Positions 47,228 through 57,316 of a stretch of 64,000 nt of DNA are shown here, in pieces. Within the stretch, counting starts at the first letter, position 1; each line of letters begins with the position of its first letter. The translations under genes were made by a program, and so were the position numbers. Location of the stretch: the IMG/VR virus record IMGVR_UViG_3300017748_000003, positions 1 through 64,000 of that record; one strand, written 5' to 3'. Under the pieces are notes generated by a model. It did no database searches and was not told where the DNA came from. It worked only from the letters and a program-made list of their open reading frames with translations. The stretch comes from a virus.

Positions 47228-48751
47228 TTACCCATCATCTACTGAGCTAATGTGCTTCATGGTTAAAGCCTCATGCACTTGAAGCTCTACATAATTAACC
47301 CAGCAAGGATTACCGGCTACCCTGCTAGCCAACGCTGGTATAAACCCTGGATTATTAGCAGTCATAGTCCCTACCTGAGATGCAGCTAAGACAGCCATAT
47401 ACTTCTCTCTATTATCTCTTGAAGCAGGTAAACAGAACTGAGATAACTGAGAATCGTTTAAAGATAACGTAGAGTAGCCTAATACTTCACGCTTCCAGTA
47501 GACCTTAACTTGACCACACATCTTACTTAAGGTTGAGATCTGTTCATCGTCATCAATGTTAACGTAAAAGGCCGTAGTAAGCTCTTTAAAGTCTTCCCCC
47601 CATAAGCGAGACATAGCTACCTCGTTAGCGTAAAATGGGTCATCTGAGAAACGCATAAGGCTCTCTTCTGTAAAATCATCCCTAAGCTTTACTCTGCCAT
47701 TCTTTATAAGCCATTCAAAAGAGTCCTTACTCATAAAAGACACCGGCTGGTAAAGCCCATTGCGCTCCCTGTCTCTAGCTAAAGCCCACGACCTAGCTAA
47801 ATAATCCTCAATATCTTTATATGGATCACCGATACTAGAGTCTGTAACTACAAGATCAACAGACTGCTGCCAAGTCCTGTTAGAACACTCATCTCTAATA
47901 ACCTGCAACTCATCATCAATGTTGCCGTTTCTCCAATGCTGAGATCGTTCAAAAGGATCGCTATACTCAGGACCCTCCTCTAAATTTACAGGCTTGTAGC
48001 CATTCATCATAGAGTTAAAGCAGCAATCCCATACTACCTCCATGCTGTAATTATTTAGGTCCTCCATCTTCTGAAATGCCCACATTGCTTTAGAAGGTAA
48101 GTGGATAAACTCAGGTCCTATCAAAGAACTCAATGTTGTCTGAGATGCTAGTATAACTGTAGAAGCTACCTTATCATCGCCAAGCTCGTCCTTAATATTA
48201 GCAGCACTCCAACCAGACGCTCCTATAAGAGATCCTGACATACACTGATGAGACACCCAATCAATAGTCTTACGATGATCTTCTGGTAAATCTAAAAGAC
48301 TAATTATGTATTGTAGAGCATCACCACCATTCTCATCGTCATACCCATTACACTCGCTTTTGCCTATCCGTAGGCATTGAGACATAATATGAGGAATGTT
48401 AATATCAGGCTCTCCACCATACTTAGTAGACAGGACCGCTGAAATCTTATTGTCTATGCATATATCTTGAAGCCTTTGACAAAACATAACAGCCCACTCC
48501 ATATCTGGCTGTAGATAATCTGGGTCCTCTTTAGCCCACGCCTCAATGTGTAGCTCTGCCGCCGCTTTAGACCATGCCCATATAATAGGCATAATGTCTC
48601 TACGGCCATAGATAAGCGGGATAACTAAGGAGAAATAAATGTTAAGGTTAGCCCTAGTCATGTGCATTTTAGGGCAATCAGCAGGAGAGTTTACCTCAAC
48701 TCCAAGCTCGTGAATTTCTTTTCCTTCTATAGGTGAATTAATAAGTGGCAT
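47228..48751 (-). CDS. Large hypothetical protein
   Basis: ATG at 48751 (MPLINS); no motif recognised. Confidence 0.75.
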   Translation of the reverse strand: MPLINSPIEGKEIHELGVEVNSPADCPKMHMTRANLNIYFSLVIPLIYGRRDIMPIIWAWSKAAAELHIEAWAKEDPDYLQPDMEWAVMFCQRLQDICIDNKISAVLSTKYGGEPDINIPHIMSQCLRIGKSECNGYDDENGGDALQYIISLLDLPEDHRKTIDWVSHQCMSGSLIGASGWSAANIKDELGDDKVASTVILASQTTLSSLIGPEFIHLPSKAMWAFQKMEDLNNYSMEVVWDCCFNSMMNGYKPVNLEEGPEYSDPFERSQHWRNGNIDDELQVIRDECSNRTWQQSVDLVVTDSSIGDPYKDIEDYLARSWALARDRERNGLYQPVSFMSKDSFEWLIKNGRVKLRDDFTEESLMRFSDDPFYANEVAMSRLWGEDFKELTTAFYVNIDDDEQISTLSKMCGQVKVYWKREVLGYSTLSLNDSQLSQFCLPASRDNREKYMAVLAASQVGTMTANNPGFIPALASRVAGNPCWVNYVELQVHEALTMKHISSVDDG

Positions 48752-49277
48752 CAGGGATAGTTTTGCAGTCACTTTTAGGCGACCAATTAGTATGTTGTTG
48801 TGTTCTAGCGTTATTAGCTGCACGGTCTACAAGCTCATTCTCAGGGATTCCAGAATGACCCGGAACCCATCTAAGTTGAAACAATCTGTATTCTGAGTGC
48901 GTGTGAATTAACTTCTCGCCAAGCTCAATAAGTTCTCTGTTCTTAACTTCAGATCCATTAGATGTCCTCCACCCTGAGATCTTCCAAGCATCAACCCAAT
49001 CAGTTAGGGCATTTAAAGCGTATTTAGAATCAGTAAAGATAAGCAGGGGATTAGTATACGAGGGTCCGGAAGGAATAAACTCAAGCGACCTAACGATAGC
49101 TAACAACTCCATCATGTTATTAGTAGCATCATCAAAACTACCGTAACGAACGGCTTGCTTACCTAAGTATGTAACGTAAAACGCCCACCCTCCTTGTCCC
49201 GAAGGATTAGGGTAACAAGACCCGTCAGTATATACTACTACGGTATTTGGATCATCAGCATCTATAAAGTCGCTCAT
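48738..49277 (-). CDS. rnhA: Ribonuclease HI
   Basis: 'YTDGSC', 'TNNMMEL', 'TDSKY', 'VKNREL', 'WVPGHSG..NELVD'. Confidence 0.95.
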   Translation of the reverse strand: MSDFIDADDPNTVVVYTDGSCYPNPSGQGGWAFYVTYLGKQAVRYGSFDDATNNMMELLAIVRSLEFIPSGPSYTNPLLIFTDSKYALNALTDWVDAWKISGWRTSNGSEVKNRELIELGEKLIHTHSEYRLFQLRWVPGHSGIPENELVDRAANNARTQQHTNWSPKSDCKTIPDATY

Positions 49278-49283
49278 AATTAT

Positions 49284-49324
49284 AAAACCCAGCCCCGTTT
49301 GTATAAGACAGCAGGGGCTGGGTT
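49284..49324 (-). terminator. Intrinsic terminator
   Basis: AACCCAGCCCC/GGGGCTGGGTT stem plus T tail. Confidence 0.8.
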
Positions 49325-49343
49325 CTTGTCCAGCTTAAATTAA

Positions 49344-50339
49344 CTACCCTTCCTCTGGAGCGTTGTGAACTGCAATCCACTCCGTAATTATATGATCCAT
49401 ACAGGCAGACTCGGTAGCCTCAGCACCGATAACCTCCCTAGCAGTATCAAACGCCTTGCGCCAATTAGTAGCCATATCCTCAGGAGCAGCTAGATGGAAA
49501 GTCTCCACCTTAGCAGTCTGACGAGAGCCATGCACCGACCCTTCAGTATCATTGCTGACCAACTCCTCGGTAACATAATCGTGAAGCTCGACCGCAGTAT
49601 GATCCTTAGCCTTCTTAAGCCAATCACCTACGTTATCCTTAGTAAGATGCTCTTTAAGGGGGATAAGCTCTCTTAGCTTAGTCCACCCTACCTTAGCAAT
49701 AGCAGACTCAGTAGTAATCTGCGAGAAGCACTCGTAGATATTAACGTAGTAATCAGCAGTCCTAGGGGCTAAACCTAGCTCGTCCTTAACATACTGATTA
49801 AACCCCGTAAGGTCTGATCCGTAAACAGGAACCTCAATGCCTTCGTCATTCTCTTCTACAACTTCAGAGTGAAGATTATTACGCTTAATAAAGGCCAAGA
49901 TACCTCCTAACACCCAGACCGTCTTCTCCTTACGCTCAGCGTAATCATAAGCTGCATCAAGGGCATCTCCTTTGTGCTCCTTCAAAGCAGCAGTAATGGA
50001 TGCGGTCTTCTTAAACTTAGGAACAACGCTTTCCAGCAACTCATCTGCTTCCTCCTCTAAGACTTTTGCCTCATCCTCTAAAACTTCTGCTTCGGACTCT
50101 AAGTCTTCTGCCGACTTCTCTTCAGCTTTTGGCTTTTCCTTTAGAACCTCAAACTCTTCAGAATCTAAAGAGTCTTCAATCCCATCCTTACCCTCTACAT
50201 TATAAAGGTCTTCCTCTGGGTCGTAGCCTGTAACAGTAAGCATAGCCCCCGCTTCTAAATCGCCTTCGGGCATACCCTCTGCGTATTTAATGAACTTAAC
50301 CTTAGTCCCATCGGGAATAATCTGTTTCTTTTTTGCCAT
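49344..50339 (-). CDS. Hypothetical acidic protein with its own promoter and terminator
   Basis: ATG at 50339; N-terminal small beta domain, acidic linker, 'KVGWTKLREL' core. Confidence 0.8.
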   Translation of the reverse strand: MAKKKQIIPDGTKVKFIKYAEGMPEGDLEAGAMLTVTGYDPEEDLYNVEGKDGIEDSLDSEEFEVLKEKPKAEEKSAEDLESEAEVLEDEAKVLEEEADELLESVVPKFKKTASITAALKEHKGDALDAAYDYAERKEKTVWVLGGILAFIKRNNLHSEVVEENDEGIEVPVYGSDLTGFNQYVKDELGLAPRTADYYVNIYECFSQITTESAIAKVGWTKLRELIPLKEHLTKDNVGDWLKKAKDHTAVELHDYVTEELVSNDTEGSVHGSRQTAKVETFHLAAPEDMATNWRKAFDTAREVIGAEATESACMDHIITEWIAVHNAPEEG

Positions 50340-50471
50340 ATTGTATTGTTGGTAGTGTTTATTAAGTGGTAGCCGGAACACCCAGCATTCACGAGAAAGA
50401 CTATAGCACAGCGCGGGAATGTTTGCAAGCACTTTTTTACTTACAGTCAAACAATTTGCACGAATTGCAAA

Positions 50472-50894
50472 TCATCTTCTTGTTCTTTTAGCCTTAGCCA
50501 GCGTTACTCCTTTGCGTTGGAGCCTCTCTGCTTTACTCTTTCTGTCGTGACAGTTCTTGCAGAGAGCTTGGAAACCTTCAACCTCTACAAACATCCTTTC
50601 AATGTAAGTATCCCAATCAACAAAACCTGTATTAGGATCTACCACTGGCTTAATATGATCTGCTCTCATCTCGCTCTGAGGGAACAAATCATCGCACATA
50701 GAACACTTATGAAGTTTACACATTCTACCCGTTTTAGGGTTAGGGCCTCTGCTAACAAAAGCTCTCTTAATGCATAAATACTTAGGACCCCATCTAGTTG
50801 AAGCATTACGGATAGCAGACGTAATGAAGCTACGAAACCGCGCCTCAGTCCACTGATTTGTATTCCTAGTTTTTGGGCCTCCTAATGGCATCAC
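50472..50894 (-). CDS. HNH endonuclease
   Basis: 'CSMC..ADHIKPVV..QALCKNCHDRKS'. Confidence 0.85.
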   Translation of the reverse strand: MMPLGGPKTRNTNQWTEARFRSFITSAIRNASTRWGPKYLCIKRAFVSRGPNPKTGRMCKLHKCSMCDDLFPQSEMRADHIKPVVDPNTGFVDWDTYIERMFVEVEGFQALCKNCHDRKSKAERLQRKGVTLAKAKRTRR

Positions 50895-51808
50895 TCTCTA
50901 GCGAAACAAGCTACACACTGATCACAGTTCTTCGCAGTTGAAGTTATTGGGGTATTACACGAATCTAAACGTAAAGGGAGCCGTGGTAAGTTTTTAGAGC
51001 CTTTAGCAGCAGCCCTCCAATCCCTCACACGCTCAGCCTTACCCCACATATTATCAAGAGTATCAAGAATCATCTTATCGGGCTTAACGTGAAACTCCTT
51101 ATACGGTCTAGCTCTAAAATCTTTAGCTACATAAACCACAGAAACTTCATCATCAGTATCATACACCGAAGATGCCATTCTCTGATAACTTGCAGCTTGA
51201 ATAATATGATCCGGTTTTGGCCTATCTAAAGTATCAAACTCTTTTGCGGCTATAGATTTAATCTCAACTACACGCTTCTTCTTAGTATCTGGTCTTATAT
51301 AAATAAGATCTGGGTTTCCTACGATCATGTAATCGTAATCCCATACAGGTATTTCTCTAAACCTATCAGCAGGATACCCACACTTTTGGCAAACTTCACC
51401 AGTAAATTCTCCTTCAACCTCCAAATCACCACAACGGCATACCCATTTAGCTAAAACATTCTTATGTCCAACGTTTGATATAAAAGAAGTTCTAACATGA
51501 TGTTCAGCGGCACGACCCAAAGCCCATATAATCCTCATCGCAGACATAACCTGTCTAGTAGCTTCTCCGGTTATCCCTTTAAGAATTTCTCTGCGCTCAC
51601 ACATACCTATCAGAGAAGACAGGTGAATATAGTCAGAGCCTCCGCGCATTACATCAGGAGATGAGTCAGCCTGTAAAACCTTCCCGATAAAATAGTTATC
51701 GCCATGCTCATCCTCAGACCTAACTGGTGTCGGAATAGGCGGGGATTCTATAGAAGGTTTAGGCGTATCTCCATTAAGCCTAGACTCAAGCTTGTTAATT
51801 AAAGCCAT
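50891..51808 (-). CDS. Cas4-like PD-(D/E)XK exonuclease
   Basis: 'CERR', 'G.PD', 'EIKS', 'QAASY', C-terminal Cys cluster. Confidence 0.75.
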   Translation of the reverse strand: MALINKLESRLNGDTPKPSIESPPIPTPVRSEDEHGDNYFIGKVLQADSSPDVMRGGSDYIHLSSLIGMCERREILKGITGEATRQVMSAMRIIWALGRAAEHHVRTSFISNVGHKNVLAKWVCRCGDLEVEGEFTGEVCQKCGYPADRFREIPVWDYDYMIVGNPDLIYIRPDTKKKRVVEIKSIAAKEFDTLDRPKPDHIIQAASYQRMASSVYDTDDEVSVVYVAKDFRARPYKEFHVKPDKMILDTLDNMWGKAERVRDWRAAAKGSKNLPRLPLRLDSCNTPITSTAKNCDQCVACFARE

Positions 51809-52148
51809 CAGTAAGTGCGTCTAAGACATAAGTAGGGACTACAGCAAGTTCGTGTAATCTACGTCCTTGATCATCAATAAACTCAACTACGATAGCAGGG
51901 ACCTCACCATTAGGCAAGGCTGCTCCCTCAATCTTATTTACTATCTCTTGAGTAACCGAGAAAGATTTATTCTTAGTGGTCTTAGCCTCAATACGGACAA
52001 CCTTTTCTACGCGAACATCGCCTTTCTCATTACCAGATCCTGAGCCTCGTGTAACTCTACCGCCTACCCTATCGGCAATCTCACTCTCTTGCTTAGGGGA
52101 TCTAGCATGAGAATTAGATTGAAACCTTTTACGCTTAGGTGTCTTCAT
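51795..52148 (-). CDS. Holliday junction resolvase-like PD-(D/E)XK nuclease
   Basis: 'QE..IA..GSGSG..KGDV..IEAKTT..SFSV'. Confidence 0.75.
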   Translation of the reverse strand: MKTPKRKRFQSNSHARSPKQESEIADRVGGRVTRGSGSGNEKGDVRVEKVVRIEAKTTKNKSFSVTQEIVNKIEGAALPNGEVPAIVVEFIDDQGRRLHELAVVPTYVLDALTDGFN

Positions 52149-52152
52149 ACAA

Positions 52153-52698
52153 TTAAAACGGGCAGTTAGAATCTGTATCAGACCCCCAATCAATATCAGA
52201 TAAAGTTGACTGATCTATCCAATCATCCTCCTCTGGGCTTTCACTAGAAGGGAGACCTATGCCTATTTCATGCAGCATAACCCAACGGCCATCACCTAAC
52301 TGAATTTTTTTCTCGTAACACCCTTTTCTAGAGTTTTCGGAGGCAGTAATAACTCTTACGTTTTCTACCGAATAACCTAACCTAGCGTTAATTCTATCTA
52401 TATGTAACTGCTCGGCTCCACGACCCTTTGCATCAAGGTATCCACTAGCTTCAGCTATAGCCATAAATTCATCGTAGGTAAGACTAAACGATATATTTTT
52501 CCTAGAAGCGCGGGACTTAACCTGATGATAAGAGTTACGTCCAGGATTCCTAACTCTCCAAACACGCTGCTTGCATTTAGAGCAAAGCTTACGGTGCTTA
52601 AGATGCGGGTTTCTACAGTGCTTTACAGCGCAAAGCCTACCTTTATCGTGCTCAACCAGAGTAACAATATCTTCAAGAGGAATGTCAATCTCAGCCAT
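52153..52698 (-). CDS. HNH-like endonuclease domain protein
   Basis: N-terminal Cys motifs; 'HIDRINARLGYSVENVRVITASENSRKG'. Confidence 0.7.
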   Translation of the reverse strand: MAEIDIPLEDIVTLVEHDKGRLCAVKHCRNPHLKHRKLCSKCKQRVWRVRNPGRNSYHQVKSRASRKNISFSLTYDEFMAIAEASGYLDAKGRGAEQLHIDRINARLGYSVENVRVITASENSRKGCYEKKIQLGDGRWVMLHEIGIGLPSSESPEEDDWIDQSTLSDIDWGSDTDSNCPF

Positions 52699-52716
52699 CT
52701 AATTAAGCTTTAATGA

Positions 52717-53889
52717 CTACGATACCTCTTTCAGCTTAACTAACCTGCCTATATGAGAAGTAAGATACCCGTCAGGCGGTAACGCATTAAGACCTTTCAT
52801 TTCTCTCTGATGCGAAATAATAGATCTAGCCAGAGTATCACGCTCTTCTTCATGCTCTTGAAGAAACTCTGATATTTCAGAGAGCCTACCAAACTTTGTG
52901 CTATTAGTCTCTTTAGTAAGGCATTTCCAAGAAGAGCCGCCTCCTGTAATAAAGCCCATCTTCTTACCGTAAGTCATAATCTGATGAACATTATCATAAG
53001 CCCCTTGCTCTAACCCCGCCTCATTATCGGGGTTTAGTATAAGCTGCCATGCACCTTCTTTAATAGATGCGCCATGCTTAGTTTTCTCAAGCTTAAATAA
53101 CTGCTCGTCATACTCAGGAACATCAATACCCATGCTATCCTTACCCATAACTGTCTTAGCTAATGCAAGCTTAATCTTGGTAGTAGGTATGTGATTAATC
53201 TGCCTACCTCCGGGTAACGTGTAAGGAGACCCTAATACGAATCCTACCTTCATACGATATTGATTAACCATCCAAGGTGTAACGAAATGACCTTTACGCT
53301 TTTCAGCGTTACCTGTGCCTATCCATTTCTGGCATAGCTTACCCATAAGCCTTGGAAGCTGAGCCATTGTATCGTCCTCTGCTGACTTCTGTAAAATCTG
53401 CATAGGAATACACCCGGGAATTGAATCAATAAGAACGACACCCATAGAGGGTATCTGAAGCCAATCCTCAAAGAAGTCTACGGCCTCCTCTCCTGTCTCA
53501 GGCTGAGTAACTAGCATCCTAGTAGTATCAACCCCAAGCTTAGCACCCCAATCTGGATCATAAAGACCCTCAGAGTCTATCAAACCTACTATTCGGTCTG
53601 GATTCTTTTTCTGGTATTGTGCCAAGCCTTTAAGAAGAAGGGTTGATTTTCCCGTAGATTCTTTGCCGTAAGCCATAGTAGGAAACGACTGAGGAAATCC
53701 TCCTAATAACGCTAAATCAAGTATAAACGATCCTGTAGGTATATGATTACACCTAGGTAATTGATCTCCTCTAAGAACAGCACCCTTGCCAGATCTCTTC
53801 TCTGCCCTATGTATAGCTTCTAACGCATCCTCTGGTAAACCTGATGCCCGTATTGTTGTTGCTCTTCTCTTTCTTACTGTAGTTGCCAT
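52717..53889 (-). CDS. recA: RecA-like recombinase
   Basis: 'IPTGSFILDLALLGGFP', Walker A 'GKESTGKST', 'IDSE', 'QPETGE', 'IDSI', 'NQYR', 'PGG'. Confidence 0.92.
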   Translation of the reverse strand: MATTVRKRRATTIRASGLPEDALEAIHRAEKRSGKGAVLRGDQLPRCNHIPTGSFILDLALLGGFPQSFPTMAYGKESTGKSTLLLKGLAQYQKKNPDRIVGLIDSEGLYDPDWGAKLGVDTTRMLVTQPETGEEAVDFFEDWLQIPSMGVVLIDSIPGCIPMQILQKSAEDDTMAQLPRLMGKLCQKWIGTGNAEKRKGHFVTPWMVNQYRMKVGFVLGSPYTLPGGRQINHIPTTKIKLALAKTVMGKDSMGIDVPEYDEQLFKLEKTKHGASIKEGAWQLILNPDNEAGLEQGAYDNVHQIMTYGKKMGFITGGGSSWKCLTKETNSTKFGRLSEISEFLQEHEEERDTLARSIISHQREMKGLNALPPDGYLTSHIGRLVKLKEVS

Positions 53890-53922
53890 AAATGTAACTG
53901 TGTTCTTTGCACGGTGTGCGAA

Positions 53923-54225
53923 TCAATTTTCCGCTCCTTCCATAGCTTTATCGTATTCTTCGTCTAAGTATTTCTCCACCAGAGCGGAAGCTCTTTCCTT
54001 AGCCTCGTCATAATCCTTGTCGGTTACACCGCACGGAACTACAACATTAACGTGAACTTTCACAAAATCGAACTCGCTTACTTTCTTAGTAAGCCCACCT
54101 CCGACTTCTACTGATCCTAATTCGCCCTCAGTCTCTTTGCCCGTCACTTCAAAGCTAACAGGACTTGTCCCCGTTGTAGCTTCTCCATGCTTGACAGACC
54201 TTCTTGATCTCTTTGCTGTTGTCAT
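53923..54225 (-). CDS. Hypothetical protein
   Basis: 100 aa. Confidence 0.7.
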   Translation of the reverse strand: MTTAKRSRRSVKHGEATTGTSPVSFEVTGKETEGELGSVEVGGGLTKKVSEFDFVKVHVNVVVPCGVTDKDYDEAKERASALVEKYLDEEYDKAMEGAEN

Positions 54226-54779
54226 TATTTATTAAGCTCGGTCATCTTCTCATGTAATTCTATGATAACCAAATTATCGGTTGCCCTAAAAGCCGAACGT
54301 CCTGCAAGACCATCCCTAAGAACTCTAGCTAATCCATCAGCCTCCTTAACAGTAAAAACTCTCTGGCCTTCTACAGTAGAACGTGTAGGTCTTGGAAATT
54401 TGTTAGACTCAATCCAACCAGACAATACTTTAGGAACAATACCTATAACCTCTGCCATCTTGTCTATAGTAAGAACCTTCTTAGATCTAGTAGAGCTACC
54501 TATCTTCATCTTCCTAGTAACCGTAAAGGCCGCAGCGTTACCTGCGTGACCCCCAAATCCTTTAGCTTCAAAGCTACCTGTAGAATCTCTGTAAGATTTA
54601 CGAGAACGCTTAATACACTTGCGCCGATACTCTGCATCTTTCTCGTAACGCTCTCGCCTAACTTTAAGATATTTCTTCTGATATTCCTTATTACGCTTCC
54701 TACGAGCCTCATCAGCTTCTTCTTGTGTAGCGTATTTTCTTGGCCTACCGGGACCCGCCTGTTTGTTACTTGCACTCAT
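54225..54779 (-). CDS. DNA-binding protein with MerR/excisionase-type HTH
   Basis: AT-hook-like 'GRPRK'; 'LTIDKMAEVIGIVPKVLSGWIESNKFPRP...RVFT'. Confidence 0.7.
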   Translation of the reverse strand: MSASNKQAGPGRPRKYATQEEADEARRKRNKEYQKKYLKVRRERYEKDAEYRRKCIKRSRKSYRDSTGSFEAKGFGGHAGNAAAFTVTRKMKIGSSTRSKKVLTIDKMAEVIGIVPKVLSGWIESNKFPRPTRSTVEGQRVFTVKEADGLARVLRDGLAGRSAFRATDNLVIIELHEKMTELNK

Positions 54780-56176
54780 ATTGAACTATATTTTATCTTC
54801 TTTAAAGTAATGTTGCCATCATTCTCATACCCCCTAAGTCTAGCCCTAGCATAACCTTGAAACTTATTAATGCCTGTATCTGTAATAGAGAACCATATAG
54901 GATCAGGTTTATCTGGGTGTGGCCTTCGTGCCCTACCTATAGCTTGAATACCGTCAGCTATTGGAAGTGCTTCTACGCCAGCATCTATACGTGGTATATC
55001 AACACCTTCCTTCATCATAGCATAAGTTGCAACAATAATCGGACACGATTCTTTGACAGTCTTTAAGTAACTCTGTTTATTCTTAGTTTCATTACCTTCC
55101 TCGTCTACACGAACCCCACAGAACTGACCAATATCTTCCCAAGGTATTCCTTCTGCTGCTAACAATCGTGATAACCGATGAACGTGCTCGTTAAACCTAG
55201 TAAGGAACAGCCCGTTTCTACCCTCATCATAAAATCTAACTCCAAGCTTAACCAGCATAGCGTTCCTATCTTCTAGGCGAGCCAAGTATTGCATACCTTT
55301 AACATCGCTTCTGCACTTATCAATCCATCTAACCCCATAATGAGGATAACTAACATTATAACAGGTAATACCAAGTCCTTCTTGTTTAGAATTTACTCTA
55401 ACAGGACCAAAATAATTAAACACTAAATCATCGCACCCGTCTTTCCTCTTAGGGGTAGCCGATACTGCAAGCTTATAGCTAGCGTGAAACAGCGGCATTG
55501 TCTTAGAAAACTCAGCGGCCCCAAGCCTATGACACTCATCCCAGCAGACAAAACCAAAATACCTGTAAAACTCTTCAGAGTATTCCTTAAGAAATAAATT
55601 ATGTAAAACTACAGTAACTAAATACTTCCCCTTCCAATCTTCCTTACCCGCTCCTACAGATCCAATCTCAGACCTATCTAACCCTAAGTGATTAACAGCT
55701 TCGTCTTGCCACTGATCAGCCAAAACATTAGAAGGCACAATAATAAGTGCTGGCCTAGAGAACTCGCCTATAGCGTTAAGAGCGGTAACTGTCTTTCCAG
55801 ATCCAGTAGGGGCGCACGCTAATACAGTGTAATTGTCTTCTAATGCTTTAATAACGTCATTAAAGAATTTTTCCTGACCGGGTTGAGCCTTAGGATGCTT
55901 AGGATCAGGTCGTTTACGAACGGGAATCTTGTGCTCGCCTAGAGACAAGTTATCGTCAAACTTTAATTCGCTAAACCTATCAAGCCCAAAGTTTATCGGA
56001 ACTCCTATCTCTCCATCCTTCTCTTTCCAATTATAGATAGGGTCATTAGCCGCCTCAGTCATATAATCAGGAGGCGGTTGTATAGTAAGTCTACTCAATG
56101 CTACGTCTAATCTCCCAGCCGGAACTTCCTCCGGCCTAAACCATAACATAGAATCTAACCTAGCCATAACAACCAC
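54776..56176 (-). CDS. Superfamily 2 helicase
   Basis: 'APTGSGKT', 'DECH', 'SAT', 'EGVDIP', 'QAIGRARR'. Confidence 0.92.
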   Translation of the reverse strand: MVVMARLDSMLWFRPEEVPAGRLDVALSRLTIQPPPDYMTEAANDPIYNWKEKDGEIGVPINFGLDRFSELKFDDNLSLGEHKIPVRKRPDPKHPKAQPGQEKFFNDVIKALEDNYTVLACAPTGSGKTVTALNAIGEFSRPALIIVPSNVLADQWQDEAVNHLGLDRSEIGSVGAGKEDWKGKYLVTVVLHNLFLKEYSEEFYRYFGFVCWDECHRLGAAEFSKTMPLFHASYKLAVSATPKRKDGCDDLVFNYFGPVRVNSKQEGLGITCYNVSYPHYGVRWIDKCRSDVKGMQYLARLEDRNAMLVKLGVRFYDEGRNGLFLTRFNEHVHRLSRLLAAEGIPWEDIGQFCGVRVDEEGNETKNKQSYLKTVKESCPIIVATYAMMKEGVDIPRIDAGVEALPIADGIQAIGRARRPHPDKPDPIWFSITDTGINKFQGYARARLRGYENDGNITLKKIKYSSI

Positions 56177-56212
56177 CCCCTAATATAATTTGCACACAGT
56201 GCGAATCAGACC

Positions 56213-57241
56213 TTACTCCCAGATAACATCATCGGGAGCATCATCAGAAGCAACCTCCTCCGTATCACCCTCGCTAACCTCGTCAGCTTCTTCTGCATCA
56301 GAAACAGGTCTACGCCGTCTACGAGTAGAGCTTGGCTTCTCCTCTTCTACATCAGAAGTTTTACGCCGACTTCTACGCTTAGACCCCGCAGGTGCTGACA
56401 TATCAAGATCATCACCACTATCTACGATAGATTCAGCGCGTGATCCGGCTGGATCATCAGGATGCCCGAACTCCTTATAAATCTCTTCTGGATCTACGGG
56501 AGGGAACACCTCACGATAATTAAATGGCTGTAAGTCTTCGTTTTCTTGTTTGTAAACTTTCCCATCTCGATTCTTCATAGCCTCGTGACCGAAATCTTCA
56601 ATCAAGTCTTCTTCACTAAGCATATCAAACATAGTCCCGTCATCAAGCAGAGTAGGAACTCCGGTCCTAAACGTCTTTCCACCCGGCTCACGCTTCATAA
56701 ATAGAAGCATACCGCGCATAGTTCCATGCTTCTTCATAGCTATCTCTTCAAGCTTAGCGAAAGCTGGATACTGGCCTCTAGTAAGAGGGAGTAGCTTACG
56801 AGACTGTTCAATGACTTCGCCACTCTTCGTAGTATAAGGCTTAAGCACAAGCACAGTAAGAAACAGCATAAGTGATGGATCTCCATACTTAGCACTAATA
56901 GGACAAGGTAAGTCAGAGTCTTTAAGACTAGGACGTATATTACCCCAAGTAGACTTACCTGTATTAGGATCTGGTAGTTGTAGATTATGCTCGTAACGGA
57001 CAAATCCACTATCAATAGATTCATCTAAGATAATAATCTCAGCTTCATCATCGCCTTCTTTAAACTTCTTAGAGTCAGGTGATGTAAGCCAGAAGCGGAA
57101 AGGCATAAAGCCTGAGGAACGCTTAGCATCTTGACGCTTAGCCTCCTCTTCCATCATCTTTGCGACACGCCCTTTTGGAGCAGATTTTGCTTCGCTATCA
57201 TCAGCAGAAGCCCTTCTTTTTCTTGTAGTTGATGTTGCCAT
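56213..57241 (-). CDS. Putative single-stranded DNA-binding protein
   Basis: Between primase and helicase; 'FRFWL...EHNL' core and long acidic tail ending DDVIWE. Confidence 0.65.
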   Translation of the reverse strand: MATSTTRKRRASADDSEAKSAPKGRVAKMMEEEAKRQDAKRSSGFMPFRFWLTSPDSKKFKEGDDEAEIIILDESIDSGFVRYEHNLQLPDPNTGKSTWGNIRPSLKDSDLPCPISAKYGDPSLMLFLTVLVLKPYTTKSGEVIEQSRKLLPLTRGQYPAFAKLEEIAMKKHGTMRGMLLFMKREPGGKTFRTGVPTLLDDGTMFDMLSEEDLIEDFGHEAMKNRDGKVYKQENEDLQPFNYREVFPPVDPEEIYKEFGHPDDPAGSRAESIVDSGDDLDMSAPAGSKRRSRRKTSDVEEEKPSSTRRRRRPVSDAEEADEVSEGDTEEVASDDAPDDVIWE

Positions 57242-57316
57242 CTTTTTTATTTAGTTACCCCACCTTCGGGGCCGTTAGAAACTTAATACAGCGAATGATT
57301 ATACGCAAGTAAATTT

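Noticed and set aside
50891-51808. Cas4-like gene as evidence of CRISPR-Cas
   Set aside because: No other cas genes or array; stand-alone Cas4-like nucleases are common in phage recombination modules
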